A stretch of 64,000 nucleotides of DNA from Actinomycetota bacterium (GCA_039193795.1 JBCCWI010000009.1:1462-65461), one strand, 5' to 3'; shown: positions 44,410 through 54,490, counted from the stretch's first letter. Translations and numbers: made by a program. Notes: generated by a model from the sequence alone, not told the origin.

Positions 44410-46116
44410 ATGCGCTGGTCGAATCTCCACACCCCCACGCTGCGCGACGCCCCCGCCGATGCGGAGGCCGCGAGCCACAAGCTGTTGATCCGCGGCGGCT
44501 TCATCCGCCAGCTGCACGCCGGCCACTACTCGATGCTGCCGTTGGGCTGGCGGGTCTTCCGCAAGATCGAGCAGATCATCCGCGAGGAGATGGACGCGAT
44601 CGGTGGCCAGGAGTTCCAGCTGCCCACCATGCACCCGGCGTCGCTGTGGCAGAAGTCCGGTCGATGGGAGGTCATGGGCGAGGAGATGTTCCGCGTGACC
44701 GACCGCAAGGGTGCCGAGAACGCGCTCGGCATGACCGAGGAAGAGGTGTTCGCCCATCTCGCGACCGAGATCACGTCCTACAAGGCGCTTCCCCAGATCT
44801 GGTACCAGATGCACACGAAGTTCCGCGACGAACCCCGCCCCAAGAGCGGGCTGCTCCGGGTCCGGGAGTTCACGATGAAGGACGCGTACTCGATGGACCT
44901 CGACCCGGCGGGCCTCGACGTCGCCTTCGACAAGCACCACGCCGCCTACGTCACGATCTTCGACCGGATGGGGCTCCCCGCGGTCCCCGTCGACGCCAGC
45001 TCCGGTGCGATGGGCGGATCGGGCTCGACGGAGTTCATGGTCCCGTCCCCCGCCGGCGAGGACGACGTCGTGATCTGCAAGAACTGCGCCTACGCCGCCA
45101 ACGTCGAACGCGCCACCTCCGCGCTGCCGGAGCTGACCGACCGCGACATCCCCGACCTCGAGCGCTTCCCCACCCCGGGCGTGCGCACGATCAAGGCGCT
45201 CGAAGAGGTCGACGGCGGCGCACCGGCGCAACACCAGATCAAGACGATGGTCATGGTGCTCGACAGCCAGGTCACGCTCGCCCTCGTGCGCGGCGACCAC
45301 CAGCTCAACCTGCAGAAGCTCCAGGACGCCACCGGGGCGATCGAACTCCGGCCGGCGACCCCCGAAGAGGCCAAGGACACCCTGGGCGCCATGCCGGGCT
45401 CGCTCGGCGCGGTCGGAGTGCAGGGTCTGCGGATCATCGCCGACCATGCGCTGCAGGGCCGCAGCGGACTCACGACCGGCGCCAACGAGGACGACTGGCA
45501 CTACACCGGTGTGTCGATCGAGCGCGACATCGCGGTCGACGACTGGGCCGACCTGCGCGAGGTCAGCGCCGGCGAGGCCTGCCCCCGGTGTGGCGTTCCG
45601 ATCGAGATCGTGCGGTGCATCGAAGCCGGGCACATCTTCAAGCTCGGCACCCAGTACAGCGAGGCGATGGGCGCCACCGTGCTCGACCCGGACGGCACCC
45701 AACACCCGATCGTCATGGGCAGCTACGGCATCGGCGTCGAACGGGCGATGGCCACCGTCGTCGAGACGTACCACGACGACGACGGCATCATGTGGCCGGT
45801 CGCCGTCGCGCCCTTCGAAGCGGTCATCACGATCGTGTCGGTCAAGGACGAGTCGTCCGTCGCTGCGGCCGAGGCGCTCTACGCCGACCTCCAGAGCCGA
45901 GGCATCGATGTCCTCCTCGACGACCGCGACGCTCGCGCCGGCGTGAAGTTCGCCGACGCCGAGCTCATCGGCATCCCCCATCGCGTGACGTTCGGGCCCA
46001 AGGCGTTCGCCGAGGGCGAGGTCGAGTACACGCCTCGTGCGACGGGCGAGACCAGCCGGGTGGCGGTCGGGGCCATCGCGGAGCAGGTCGCGGCCGAGAT
46101 CGTCGCCGCTCGCTGA
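44410..46116 (+). CDS. proS: Proline--tRNA ligase (bacterial type with editing insertion)
   Basis: MRWSNLHTPTLRDAPADAEAASHKLLIRGGFIRQ... with class II motifs and a Zn-free C-terminus. Confidence 0.9.
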   Translation: MRWSNLHTPTLRDAPADAEAASHKLLIRGGFIRQLHAGHYSMLPLGWRVFRKIEQIIREEMDAIGGQEFQLPTMHPASLWQKSGRWEVMGEEMFRVTDRKGAENALGMTEEEVFAHLATEITSYKALPQIWYQMHTKFRDEPRPKSGLLRVREFTMKDAYSMDLDPAGLDVAFDKHHAAYVTIFDRMGLPAVPVDASSGAMGGSGSTEFMVPSPAGEDDVVICKNCAYAANVERATSALPELTDRDIPDLERFPTPGVRTIKALEEVDGGAPAQHQIKTMVMVLDSQVTLALVRGDHQLNLQKLQDATGAIELRPATPEEAKDTLGAMPGSLGAVGVQGLRIIADHALQGRSGLTTGANEDDWHYTGVSIERDIAVDDWADLREVSAGEACPRCGVPIEIVRCIEAGHIFKLGTQYSEAMGATVLDPDGTQHPIVMGSYGIGVERAMATVVETYHDDDGIMWPVAVAPFEAVITIVSVKDESSVAAAEALYADLQSRGIDVLLDDRDARAGVKFADAELIGIPHRVTFGPKAFAEGEVEYTPRATGETSRVAVGAIAEQVAAEIVAAR

Positions 46117-46119
46117 TCG

Positions 46120-47838
46120 TCAGCCGACCGGCGGGTCGCCGGCGCAGTGCAGCATCGGTGCGATGTCGGTGTTGTTCGGCGCGCTGCGCTGTCCCTGGGC
46201 GAACGCCACACACCCGTCGGGGGTGACGATCCGCTCGGCCGACGCCCCGCCGTTCCAGGTGGCCGACGGGGAGGCATCGCCGGCGAGCACGGTGAGGTCG
46301 TCCCAGTGCCAGGTGAAACCACCGGTGGAGTTGGAGTCGTTCATCGCCGGCCCTTGTCCGTCCTTGGTGCCGGTGTAGGTGTGGAACGAGACGACGATCC
46401 GCACCTCGCCGGTCGGGAACGCTCCGGGGGCCTCCACCCAGGCGAAGGTCCCGTCGACGCGTTCGATGCCGAACGACAGCGTGCCTTCGCCGTCGTCGCG
46501 CAAGACGTGGCGGTAGCGGGCGCGGACGTCCTCGTTGCCCTCGTGCACGATCGCGTCGAAACAGAAGCCGCCACCCGAGCACGGCTCGAAGCGGATGTCG
46601 CCGCCGGGGAGCGGTGTGGTCGAGAACCGGTCGAAGGCGTATCCGTCCGGGCGATCCGGCGTGGCGATGACCAGACCCGTGCCGTCCTGTGCCATCGTCC
46701 CCGCCCCGACCCCGCCGATGTCGTCGTAGTCCCACCCGTCGTTGCACGGGAGGTCGGGGATGCACGGCATCGCGTCCGCGAAGACCTGATCGGCCGGCAG
46801 CACCTTGATCTCGACGAAGTTCCGCGTGCCGGCGGAGGTGGTGTTGATGTCGACCGCGACCTCCGACACGTCGCGGAAGACCTGATCGGGCAGGGCGCCC
46901 ACGAAGCCGTAGCCGGAGGTGTCCATCGCGTACGCCATCTGATGGCCCATCGCCGCGTTGTCGCCGGGCAGGCACTGGTAGACGTGGGCGACCGGCTGGT
47001 CCCGCGTCTGGGGGCGGGTGATGTCGGGCGAGGTGCACCCCACCCCACCGGTGGATGCGTGGTCCGACGAGCCGGTCGTGTGGTTGACGACGAAGGGATC
47101 GCGATAGGCGACGAACTGATCGAGTCGATCCCCGTCGGCGGCGGTGGAGAAGTCGTTGGTGTAGGCGACGTCGGCGCCGAGATCCCGTTCACCCGTCGCA
47201 ACGCAGTGCCCGCCCGGGTCGACGGCGACGGGAGGCGAGTCGGCGTAGCGATGGAGAAAGGCGGCGAACTCCGCTCGCGTGACGGGACGTTCGGGGTCGA
47301 AGGTGGTGGCCGACGTGCCGGTGGTGATCTCGTTGGCGACCATCCAGTCGATCGGCACGGCGAAGTAGCGGTGGCGTTCGACGTCGACGAAGTCGCTGAC
47401 CGGGGCGGCGGGGCGACCGGCGTGGCGCCAGAGGAAGGTGGCGATGTGGCCACGGGTCAGCTGGTCGTCGGGGCTGAACGTCGTCGGTGACGTGCCCGTC
47501 GTGATGCCGGTGGTCCACAGCCACCGCACCGGGTCGGCGTAGAAGCGGTCGTCCGCGACGTCGACGAAGGGGTGCGCCGATCCGGTGAGCCGACCCGCCC
47601 AGCGCCACAGGAAGGTCGCGAACTGACCCCGCGTCACGATCTCGTCCGGGCCGAAACACCCGTCGCTCACACCGACGGTGATCTCCTCGTCGACCAGCCA
47701 CTGCACGGCCTCGGCGAAGTAGTCGTCGGGTTGCACGTCGCCGAAGTCCGACGACGCGTCCGCCGCGGTGACCGTGGTGGCGAGTGCGGCGATCAGGGCG
47801 GCGGCCGCCCACCGGCGGCGACGAGGGGAACGATCCAT
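46120..47838 (-). CDS. Secreted protein with three N-terminal SLH (S-layer homology) repeats
   Basis: ATG at 47838 (MDRSPRRRRWAAAALIAALATT...). Three repeats of F.DV....YFA..V.WL....IT.G.....F.P....TRG..A.FLWR. Confidence 0.8.
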   Translation of the reverse strand: MDRSPRRRRWAAAALIAALATTVTAADASSDFGDVQPDDYFAEAVQWLVDEEITVGVSDGCFGPDEIVTRGQFATFLWRWAGRLTGSAHPFVDVADDRFYADPVRWLWTTGITTGTSPTTFSPDDQLTRGHIATFLWRHAGRPAAPVSDFVDVERHRYFAVPIDWMVANEITTGTSATTFDPERPVTRAEFAAFLHRYADSPPVAVDPGGHCVATGERDLGADVAYTNDFSTAADGDRLDQFVAYRDPFVVNHTTGSSDHASTGGVGCTSPDITRPQTRDQPVAHVYQCLPGDNAAMGHQMAYAMDTSGYGFVGALPDQVFRDVSEVAVDINTTSAGTRNFVEIKVLPADQVFADAMPCIPDLPCNDGWDYDDIGGVGAGTMAQDGTGLVIATPDRPDGYAFDRFSTTPLPGGDIRFEPCSGGGFCFDAIVHEGNEDVRARYRHVLRDDGEGTLSFGIERVDGTFAWVEAPGAFPTGEVRIVVSFHTYTGTKDGQGPAMNDSNSTGGFTWHWDDLTVLAGDASPSATWNGGASAERIVTPDGCVAFAQGQRSAPNNTDIAPMLHCAGDPPVG

Positions 47839-47983
47839 GGTGAATCGACTGCTTTCTCCGGCCCGTGACGAGGAGTGTACGCCGAGGTGTCGGCTCGGAT
47901 CGGGCGCCCCTGAAGCGTCCGGTCCACGTTCCGAACCTGTTCCACGATGCGGAATCGTTCCACCTGGTGGTACGGTCAACGTC

Positions 47984-48727
47984 ATGTCCGTCCAGTCGAT
48001 CGAGCGAGCGTTCGGCCTGCTGCGGGCCCTCGCGACGGCGCCCTACGGGGTCACCGAGCTCGCCGAGCAGGTCGACCTGCCCAAATCGACGGTCGCTCGA
48101 CTGCTCAGCGCGCTCGAGGCCGAGGGAGCGGTGACCCAGGACGAGATGGGCGGCGAGTATCGACTCGGCGACGGACTGCTCGACATCGCCGGCGCCGCCC
48201 AGCCCGGCCGCAATCTCGTGGCGACGGTGCGTCCGTTCCTGTTGGAGATCAGCGAGGAGATGGGCGAAGCCGCCGGACTCGGGATCATGCAGGGCCGAGA
48301 CGTCTACTACCTCGACCACACCGAGCCGGAAGCCGATGTCATGGTTCGGGACTGGACGGGCGAGGTGCTGCCGATGCACTCGGTCCCGTCGGGCATGGCC
48401 ATCCTCGCCCACCTCCCCGATCCCGAGATCGCCGCCTACCTCGCCCAGCCCGCCGAGGCGGTCACACCGCACACCCTGGTCGACCCGGACGCCATCCGCG
48501 AACGCATCGAGGCGGTGCGCAACCTCGGCTACGCGTGGGGGTACGAGGAGGGCGTCGACGGCATCAACTCGCTCGCCGCGCCGATCATCACCACCGACGG
48601 CGAGGTCGTCGGTGCGATCCACGTGCACGGACCGGCCTACCGGTTCCCCAATCCCGACCGCACCCACGACCTCGGCACGCGGCTCGTCGACGCCGCAACC
48701 GGGGTCGCGGCACAGCTCGACGACTGA
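47984..48727 (+). CDS. IclR family transcriptional regulator
   Basis: The HTH reads MSVQSIERAFGLLRALA...VTELAEQVDLPKSTVARLLSALE, followed by an IclR effector domain. Confidence 0.85.
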   Translation: MSVQSIERAFGLLRALATAPYGVTELAEQVDLPKSTVARLLSALEAEGAVTQDEMGGEYRLGDGLLDIAGAAQPGRNLVATVRPFLLEISEEMGEAAGLGIMQGRDVYYLDHTEPEADVMVRDWTGEVLPMHSVPSGMAILAHLPDPEIAAYLAQPAEAVTPHTLVDPDAIRERIEAVRNLGYAWGYEEGVDGINSLAAPIITTDGEVVGAIHVHGPAYRFPNPDRTHDLGTRLVDAATGVAAQLDD

Positions 48728-48730
48728 ACC

Positions 48731-49915
48731 TCAGCGCTCCAACACCACCTCGACCTCGCGGGTCTCGCCGCCGCACCACACCGACAGCGTCACGGTCTGC
48801 CCGAAGTCGGCCTCGTAGGTGATGGCGAGGTTGACGTCCTTGACCTCGCGAACCGGTGCACCGTCGATCGCCACGATGACATCGGCGTTCGTCGGTACGC
48901 CGATACCGAGGACGTCCTCGAACGCCGGCGTGGTCAGACCGGCCTCGGCTGCGGCTCCTCCGGCGACGACGCGCACCACCGCGGCCCCGGCTTCGGGCAA
49001 CCCCGTCTCGGCGCGCACCTCGTCGGGCAGGGCGGACAACGACAACAGCTCGGCCCCGAAGACGGGGCGGGTGTCGGTCAGCGACGACACACCTCCGAGT
49101 TGGAGATTGGCGAGCGCCTCGGACAGGAGATTGGACGGCACGGCGAAGCCGATCCCCGCCGATGCCGCTCCCTCGGGGTTGAACAGTGCGGTGTTGACCC
49201 CGATGAGGCGTCCCGAGGAGTCGAGCAGGGCACCGCCGGAGTTGCCCGGGTTGATCGCTGCGTCGGTCTGCACCATCGGGATCCCGACCATGCCGACCGT
49301 CTGCACGAGCCGGCCGGTCGACGAGATCGTGCCGGTCGAGAGGCTGGTACCGAGCCCGAACGGGTTGCCGAGCGCGATCGCCTTCTGCCCGACCCGCACC
49401 TCGTCGGAGTCCGCGAGCGGGATGGGCTCGACGTCGGGAAGCGGATCGGCGCCGACCGGGGCCTCCAGCAGTGCGAGGTCGAACGACGGGTTGATGCCGA
49501 CGACGTCTAACTCGAAGGGTTGACCGTCGTTGCCGAAGGTGGCCGTGATCGACGCCGTGTCGAGGAGTTCACCGTCGTCGAGGTCGACCGCGTCCATCAC
49601 CACGTGGAAGTTGGTGACGACGAAGCGGCTGCCGTCGGCGTCGACCAGGAAGCCGCTGCCACTGCTCTGGTTCGGCCCGGGATCGAGTCGGGGCAGCACG
49701 TCTGCGGGCACATCGCTCAGGTCGAGTCCGGCGGGCAACATGAGCTCCCCCTCGACCACGACGGAGAGTGCCGCCGTGGCGGGACCGAAGCGCTCGACCA
49801 CCGCGATGGTGTTGCGTTCGTCGTCGGTCGGGCCGAGCCCGTCACCGTCGTCGACGGAACAGGCCCCGGCCAGAAGTGCGAGACCGGAGAGGGTGACGAG
49901 GGCACGGCGGAGCAT
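48731..49915 (-). CDS. HtrA/DegP-like S1C serine protease with PDZ domain, probable lipoprotein
   Basis: ATG at 49915. LSGLALLAGAC is lipobox-like. Catalytic triad context: TNFHVV, DLALL and GNSGGAL. C-terminal PDZ domain. Confidence 0.85.
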   Translation of the reverse strand: MLRRALVTLSGLALLAGACSVDDGDGLGPTDDERNTIAVVERFGPATAALSVVVEGELMLPAGLDLSDVPADVLPRLDPGPNQSSGSGFLVDADGSRFVVTNFHVVMDAVDLDDGELLDTASITATFGNDGQPFELDVVGINPSFDLALLEAPVGADPLPDVEPIPLADSDEVRVGQKAIALGNPFGLGTSLSTGTISSTGRLVQTVGMVGIPMVQTDAAINPGNSGGALLDSSGRLIGVNTALFNPEGAASAGIGFAVPSNLLSEALANLQLGGVSSLTDTRPVFGAELLSLSALPDEVRAETGLPEAGAAVVRVVAGGAAAEAGLTTPAFEDVLGIGVPTNADVIVAIDGAPVREVKDVNLAITYEADFGQTVTLSVWCGGETREVEVVLER

Positions 49916-49953
49916 GGTTCGGAAACCCGCCGTCGCCCGACCGGCTTCCGCAC

Positions 49954-50394
49954 TCAGTCGCTCACGCCGAACGCACCGACGTACTTGGTCGGGCGCACCC
50001 GCACCAGGATCTCGTCGTCGCCGCCGTTGCGTTCGCCGAACTCGTCGGCCCGGTCGTCGCCGACGAACCGACGACACGTCTCGGTCGCCCAGTACCGGAT
50101 CGCGTCGGGGTCGTCGGCGTACTCGGTGATCGAGGCCACACCGTCGACACGGGCGAAGTCGTAGGGCATCTCCATCACGTCGACACAGATCGACACGCGC
50201 GGTTCGCGCCGGAGCATCTTGGCCTTCGCCGACTCGGCGCCGGTCATGAAGACGAGGTCCCCGGTGGCCGGGTCGAGATCGAACCAGATCGGGGTCACGG
50301 TCGGGCTGCCGTCCTTGCGGACGAGGGCGAGCTTGCCGGTGCGGGAGCCGGTCGTCATGAACGTGACGACCTCGTCGGGGGACATGGGGCGCAT
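49954..50394 (-). CDS. Pyridoxamine 5'-phosphate oxidase family (PPOX-class, probable F420/FMN-binding) protein
   Basis: 146 aa; GKLALVRKDGSPTVTPIWFDLD...VFMTG matches the split-barrel pattern. Confidence 0.8.
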   Translation of the reverse strand: MRPMSPDEVVTFMTTGSRTGKLALVRKDGSPTVTPIWFDLDPATGDLVFMTGAESAKAKMLRREPRVSICVDVMEMPYDFARVDGVASITEYADDPDAIRYWATETCRRFVGDDRADEFGERNGGDDEILVRVRPTKYVGAFGVSD

Positions 50395-50431
50395 GGCGAC
50401 TGTCTAGCGCACCACGTGTCAGAGTCGACCG

Positions 50432-51301
50432 GTGCGTCGTTCGTTCCGACTGCTGGTCCTCGTCGTGCTCGTCGCGGCGGTCGTGGGCGCGGGATGGGTG
50501 CTGATCCGCGGGGACGGCGCGGACCCGCTCGGGCGCACCCCCCTCGACGCCGGTGCCGAACGCATCGGGAGCATCCCCTACGGCGACGACGAGCGACAGC
50601 GCTACGACGTGTACCTCCCCGACGGCGACGGCCCGCATCCGGCGATCGTCTGGATCCACGGTGGCGGCTGGAACGCCGGCGACAAGGCCGGAGGGATGCC
50701 GATCTGGGACTGGACCGACGACGGCTACGTCGTCGTGGCGATCAACTACCGCTATGCGATCCCGCCCGTGACGGTCGCCGACTCGACCGCCGACGCGGTC
50801 GCGGCCGTGCGTCATGTCCTGGCGGATGCGTCGACCCACGGCATCGACGTCGAGCGGGTCGGGGTCTACGGATTCTCGGCCGGAGGCCACCTCGCCGCGA
50901 TGGTCGCCCAGGCCGACATCGGGGTGGCCGCGGTGGCGACCGGAGGCGCGCCGACCGACTTCGGTCCGCTCACCGACCCCGAGCGTTCGGTCTACGCGCT
51001 CCGTCCGTCCGAGGAAGCGGCGGCGCTGATCCGCGAGGTCCTGGGTTGTTCGGCGCAGGGCTGCTCGACCGCGATCGAGACGCTCAGCCCGGCCCGCCTG
51101 CCGGCCGGGCCCGCGCCGATGCTCGTGCTCCACGGCGAGGAGGACTTCGTCGTCGCTCCGACCCAGGCCGAAGCGCTGATCGAGCGACTGCGGGCCGACG
51201 GTGTCGACGTCGAGTGGGCGATCCTGCCCGACACCGCCCACACACCCCCGCTCGACGAGGACCGCCTCCGAGCGTTCTTCGACCGACACCTCCGCCCGTG
51301 A
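50432..51301 (+). CDS. Alpha/beta hydrolase (esterase/lipase type) with N-terminal anchor
   Basis: VWIHGGGW oxyanion motif and a GFSAGGH nucleophile elbow. GTG start. Confidence 0.8.
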   Translation: MRRSFRLLVLVVLVAAVVGAGWVLIRGDGADPLGRTPLDAGAERIGSIPYGDDERQRYDVYLPDGDGPHPAIVWIHGGGWNAGDKAGGMPIWDWTDDGYVVVAINYRYAIPPVTVADSTADAVAAVRHVLADASTHGIDVERVGVYGFSAGGHLAAMVAQADIGVAAVATGGAPTDFGPLTDPERSVYALRPSEEAAALIREVLGCSAQGCSTAIETLSPARLPAGPAPMLVLHGEEDFVVAPTQAEALIERLRADGVDVEWAILPDTAHTPPLDEDRLRAFFDRHLRP

Positions 51302-51314
51302 CCGGGCTTCGGGG

Positions 51315-52139
51315 TCAGCTCGCCAGGTCGTAGCTGGCGATGGTGCAGCTCACCGCGAAGATCGGGATCGGCTCCATGAAGTGCACCGTGCCCTGCGCGC
51401 CGCCGGCGGCCGCGCTCACGGCGAGGAAGGTCCGGATCTCGAACCCACCTTGGCCGGCGTCGGCGTAGACGGTCAGATCGTCGTAGTCGAGCAGGGCATC
51501 ACGGTCGTTGCGACACCATCGATCCATGAAGTCCTGATCCCACGCCCAGTTGATCTTCCCGGAGTCGGGTGTGGCGGGCCAGTGCGAGATCCCGCCGGTG
51601 CCGATGATCGCCACCTTCTCGGGCACGGCATCGACGGCGCGACGCAGCGCCTCACCGAACGCCCAGGCCCGGTGCAACGGGGTGAGCGGAGGGCCCTGGC
51701 AGTTGATGTTGACCGGGATCACGGGCAGATCGAATCGGGGGGTCAGGAAGCTGAGCGGCACGGCGATGCCGTGATCGAACAGCCACTCCTCCGCGTAGGA
51801 AACGTCGACGGTGTTCATCACCTCGGTGATGATCCGCTGCGACAGGTCACGGTTGCCGGGCGCCCGGAACTTGTCGATGCCGAGCCAGCCCGGGTCCTCG
51901 ATCGGGCCGTCGTAGAAGTCGGCCATGCCGATGGCGAAGCTCGGCATGTTGTTCATGAAGAAGTTGGCGAAGTGCTCGGCGGCGATCACGATCACCGCCT
52001 CGGCTCCGCTCGACTCGAGGTCGGCCCGCATGCCGTCGAACGCGGCGTAGAAGGCGTCGCGCACGTCGGGGTCGGCGAGGTCCTTGCGGCCCCGGATCCC
52101 GGGGGCGTGGCTGCAGACACCCGCGTAGACGAGGCTCAT
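51315..52139 (-). CDS. Class III extradiol ring-cleavage dioxygenase, LigB-like catalytic subunit
   Basis: ATG at 52139 (MSLVYAGVCSHAPG...), with EHFANFF, DHGIAVPL and GGISHWP motifs. ATGA overlap with the LigA-like gene. Confidence 0.85.
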   Translation of the reverse strand: MSLVYAGVCSHAPGIRGRKDLADPDVRDAFYAAFDGMRADLESSGAEAVIVIAAEHFANFFMNNMPSFAIGMADFYDGPIEDPGWLGIDKFRAPGNRDLSQRIITEVMNTVDVSYAEEWLFDHGIAVPLSFLTPRFDLPVIPVNINCQGPPLTPLHRAWAFGEALRRAVDAVPEKVAIIGTGGISHWPATPDSGKINWAWDQDFMDRWCRNDRDALLDYDDLTVYADAGQGGFEIRTFLAVSAAAGGAQGTVHFMEPIPIFAVSCTIASYDLAS

Positions 52140-52489
52140 TCGACTCCACCTTCCTGGCCGAGGCTCTCGCTGTGGGCCCTCGTCCCCTCGTAGCCCGTCA
52201 TCGCGTACACGCCTTCGCGCACGGGCCCGTGCTCGTCGATGCCATCGCGCATGCGCTGCAGGTAGTCCTGCCACTCGATCTGGTGGAAGGCGGCGAAGTG
52301 CATGAGGATCTGGCCGTTGACGCCGAGATGGAAGAGCTTGCCGATGTCGGGCTCGGTGAGGGCGACCACCTCCTCGTCGGTCAGTGCGTACGGCTCCAGC
52401 ACACCACGCCGGTCGGCCGTGTACCGCTCCTGCAGCTGGGGGCTGCGGTTCAGCTCGTAGAGGAACTTCTGCACGTAGTAGAGCGACAC
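52136..52489 (-). CDS. LigA-like small subunit of extradiol dioxygenase
   Basis: GTG at 52489. SLYYVQKFLYELNRSPQLQERYTADRRGVLEPYALTDEEVVAL... fits the LigA pattern. Confidence 0.65.
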   Translation of the reverse strand: MSLYYVQKFLYELNRSPQLQERYTADRRGVLEPYALTDEEVVALTEPDIGKLFHLGVNGQILMHFAAFHQIEWQDYLQRMRDGIDEHGPVREGVYAMTGYEGTRAHSESLGQEGGVE

Positions 52490-52490
52490 G

Positions 52491-54020
52491 TCATCCACCC
52501 AACTTGGGGACGGCGTGCGTGTCCAGCGCCACGGCGATGTTCTTGGTCTCCATGTAGAAGTCGAACGACCAGTCACCGCCGTCGCGGCCGACGCCACTGG
52601 CCTTGGTGCCGCCGAACGGCGTCGGCAGATGCCGGACGTTCTGGCTGTTGACCCAGATCATCCCGGCGTCGAGCGCGTGCGCGACCCGATGGGCGCGGCC
52701 GACGTCGCCCGTCCAGAGGTACCCGGCGAGTCCGTAGTCGATGTCGTTGGCGATCGCGACCGCGTCGGCTTCGTCGGTGAAGGGGATGGCGGTGAGCACC
52801 GGCCCGAATATCTCCTCCTGGGCGATCCGCATGTCGTTGCGGGCGTTGGTGAAGAGCTGGGGGGCGACCCAGCAGCCGTCGGCCGGCGCATCGGCCCACG
52901 GCGTGCCGTCGATCACGGTGGCGCCGTCGGCGCGCGCGATGTCGCCATAGCTCTGCACCTTGGCGAGGTGACGGGGATGGATGAGCGGGCCGATCACCGA
53001 CGCCGGGTCGAGGGGATGCCCGACCGGGATGTTCGTCATCTTCTCCGCGACGGTGCTCGTGAAGTCGTCGTAGATGGTGTCCTGGACGAGGAGGCGGCTC
53101 GACGAGGTGCAGCGCTCGCCGTTGAGGCTGTAGATCATGAAGACGGCGGCGTCGGCCGCGCGGTCGAGATCGGCGTCGTCGAACACGATCACGGGGTTCT
53201 TGCCGCCGAGCTCGAAGTGCACGCGCTTCAGGGTGGGCGCACCCTGGGCCTGGATCGCCGAACCGGTCGACGACTCGCCCACGAACGCGATCGCCTTGAT
53301 CAACGGGTGTTCGGTGAGGGCCTTGCCCGCGGTCTCACCCAGCCCGTGGACGACGTTGAGCACGCCTGGCGGCAGACCCGCTTCGAGCGCAATCTCCGAC
53401 AGCAGATGCGCGGTGTACGGCGACCACTCGGCCGGCTTGTGCACGACGGTGCAGCCCGCAGCGAGTGCCGGCGCGATCTTCCACGTGCTCAGCATGAAGG
53501 GCGTGTTCCACGGCGTGATCACCCCCACCGGGCCGATCGGGTGGCGCATCGTGTAGTTGACGTGATCGGCGCTCGGAAGCGACAGGCCGTCAGTCGCTCC
53601 CGGCGCCTGGTCGGCGAAGAAGCGGAAGTTGTCGGCGCCCCGGAGCGCCGCCGCACCCATGAACCGCATCGTCTGGCCGGTGTCGACGCACTCGGTCACG
53701 GCGACCTCGTGCTGGCGCTCCACGATCAGGTCGGCCACCCGGTGAAGCACGGCCTTGCGCTGCGTACCCGACGTGGTCGACCAGGTGAGGAACGCCTCGT
53801 GGGCGGCCCGGGCGGCGGCGTCGATGTCGACGGCGTCGCCGGCTGCGACCTCGCCGAGGTGCATACCGTCGATCGGTGAGGCGTTCGCGAAGGTGGCACC
53901 CGACGCACTCGGCACCGGCCGTCCGCCGATCAGGTGCGGGAGCGGCGCATCGACGAAGCGGGCGAGCGAGGCCTGGGCGGCGGAGAGGTTCTCGTCGAAC
54001 GTGTGGCTGGATCCGGCCAT
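52491..54020 (-). CDS. NAD(P)+-dependent aldehyde dehydrogenase (ring-fission semialdehyde dehydrogenase type)
   Basis: 509 aa with ELGGKNP and NGERCTSSSR (catalytic Cys) motifs. Located inside the meta-cleavage cluster. Confidence 0.9.
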   Translation of the reverse strand: MAGSSHTFDENLSAAQASLARFVDAPLPHLIGGRPVPSASGATFANASPIDGMHLGEVAAGDAVDIDAAARAAHEAFLTWSTTSGTQRKAVLHRVADLIVERQHEVAVTECVDTGQTMRFMGAAALRGADNFRFFADQAPGATDGLSLPSADHVNYTMRHPIGPVGVITPWNTPFMLSTWKIAPALAAGCTVVHKPAEWSPYTAHLLSEIALEAGLPPGVLNVVHGLGETAGKALTEHPLIKAIAFVGESSTGSAIQAQGAPTLKRVHFELGGKNPVIVFDDADLDRAADAAVFMIYSLNGERCTSSSRLLVQDTIYDDFTSTVAEKMTNIPVGHPLDPASVIGPLIHPRHLAKVQSYGDIARADGATVIDGTPWADAPADGCWVAPQLFTNARNDMRIAQEEIFGPVLTAIPFTDEADAVAIANDIDYGLAGYLWTGDVGRAHRVAHALDAGMIWVNSQNVRHLPTPFGGTKASGVGRDGGDWSFDFYMETKNIAVALDTHAVPKLGG

Positions 54021-54021
54021 G

Positions 54022-54423
54022 TCAGGCCCCTTCCCCGGCGTCGAGTCGGCTGGTGACCGCCGGACGGACGTGGTTGCGGTTGATGCGGGACTCGGGGTCG
54101 ATCTCGGTCAACTCGATCGACCAGGCGATGTCGAGGGGCGTTGCGCCCAGGTGGGCCTCGGCTGCGTCGAGGACGTGGACCAGAAACGCCCGCTTGGCCT
54201 CGGCGTCGCGGCCGGGGCCGATCCGACCGTGGATCGCCACGAAGGCGTTGGACTCCGCCCCATCCGCGATCCGGTAGGTGCTTCGTTCCTCGGCTCGCGT
54301 GCGCAAGGCATCGAGGGCGGGCAGGCCATCGGCCAGTGCGGCGGCGTGGACGACGGCGACGAGTTCGTCGATGTCGTGGTGCTCGGCGACGTTGGCGGAG
54401 TACTCGATGATGACATGCGGCAC
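54022..54423 (-). CDS. hpaF: 5-carboxymethyl-2-hydroxymuconate isomerase
   Basis: 133 aa. The N-terminal MPHVIIEYSANV is the catalytic Pro1 signature of CHMI. Confidence 0.85.
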   Translation of the reverse strand: MPHVIIEYSANVAEHHDIDELVAVVHAAALADGLPALDALRTRAEERSTYRIADGAESNAFVAIHGRIGPGRDAEAKRAFLVHVLDAAEAHLGATPLDIAWSIELTEIDPESRINRNHVRPAVTSRLDAGEGA

Positions 54424-54428
54424 CCCAT

Positions 54429-54439
54429 ATGTTTAACAT
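54429..54439. promoter_or_regulatory. AT-rich palindrome in a divergent promoter (candidate HpaR/MarR site)
   Basis: ATGTT-T-AACAT lies within the unusually AT-rich catatgtttaacatgtgtagtat, between gene starts at 54423 (minus strand) and 54491 (plus strand). Confidence 0.3.
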
Positions 54440-54490
54440 GTGTAGTATCTCCGCGACAACCATCCGGAGCCACGACCACGTTGAGGACGA

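Noticed and set aside
43216-45981. 921-aa minus-strand ORF opposite proS and the membrane protein gene
   Set aside because: It is a shadow ORF opposite an unmistakable prolyl-tRNA synthetase, with no recognisable motifs and biased composition.
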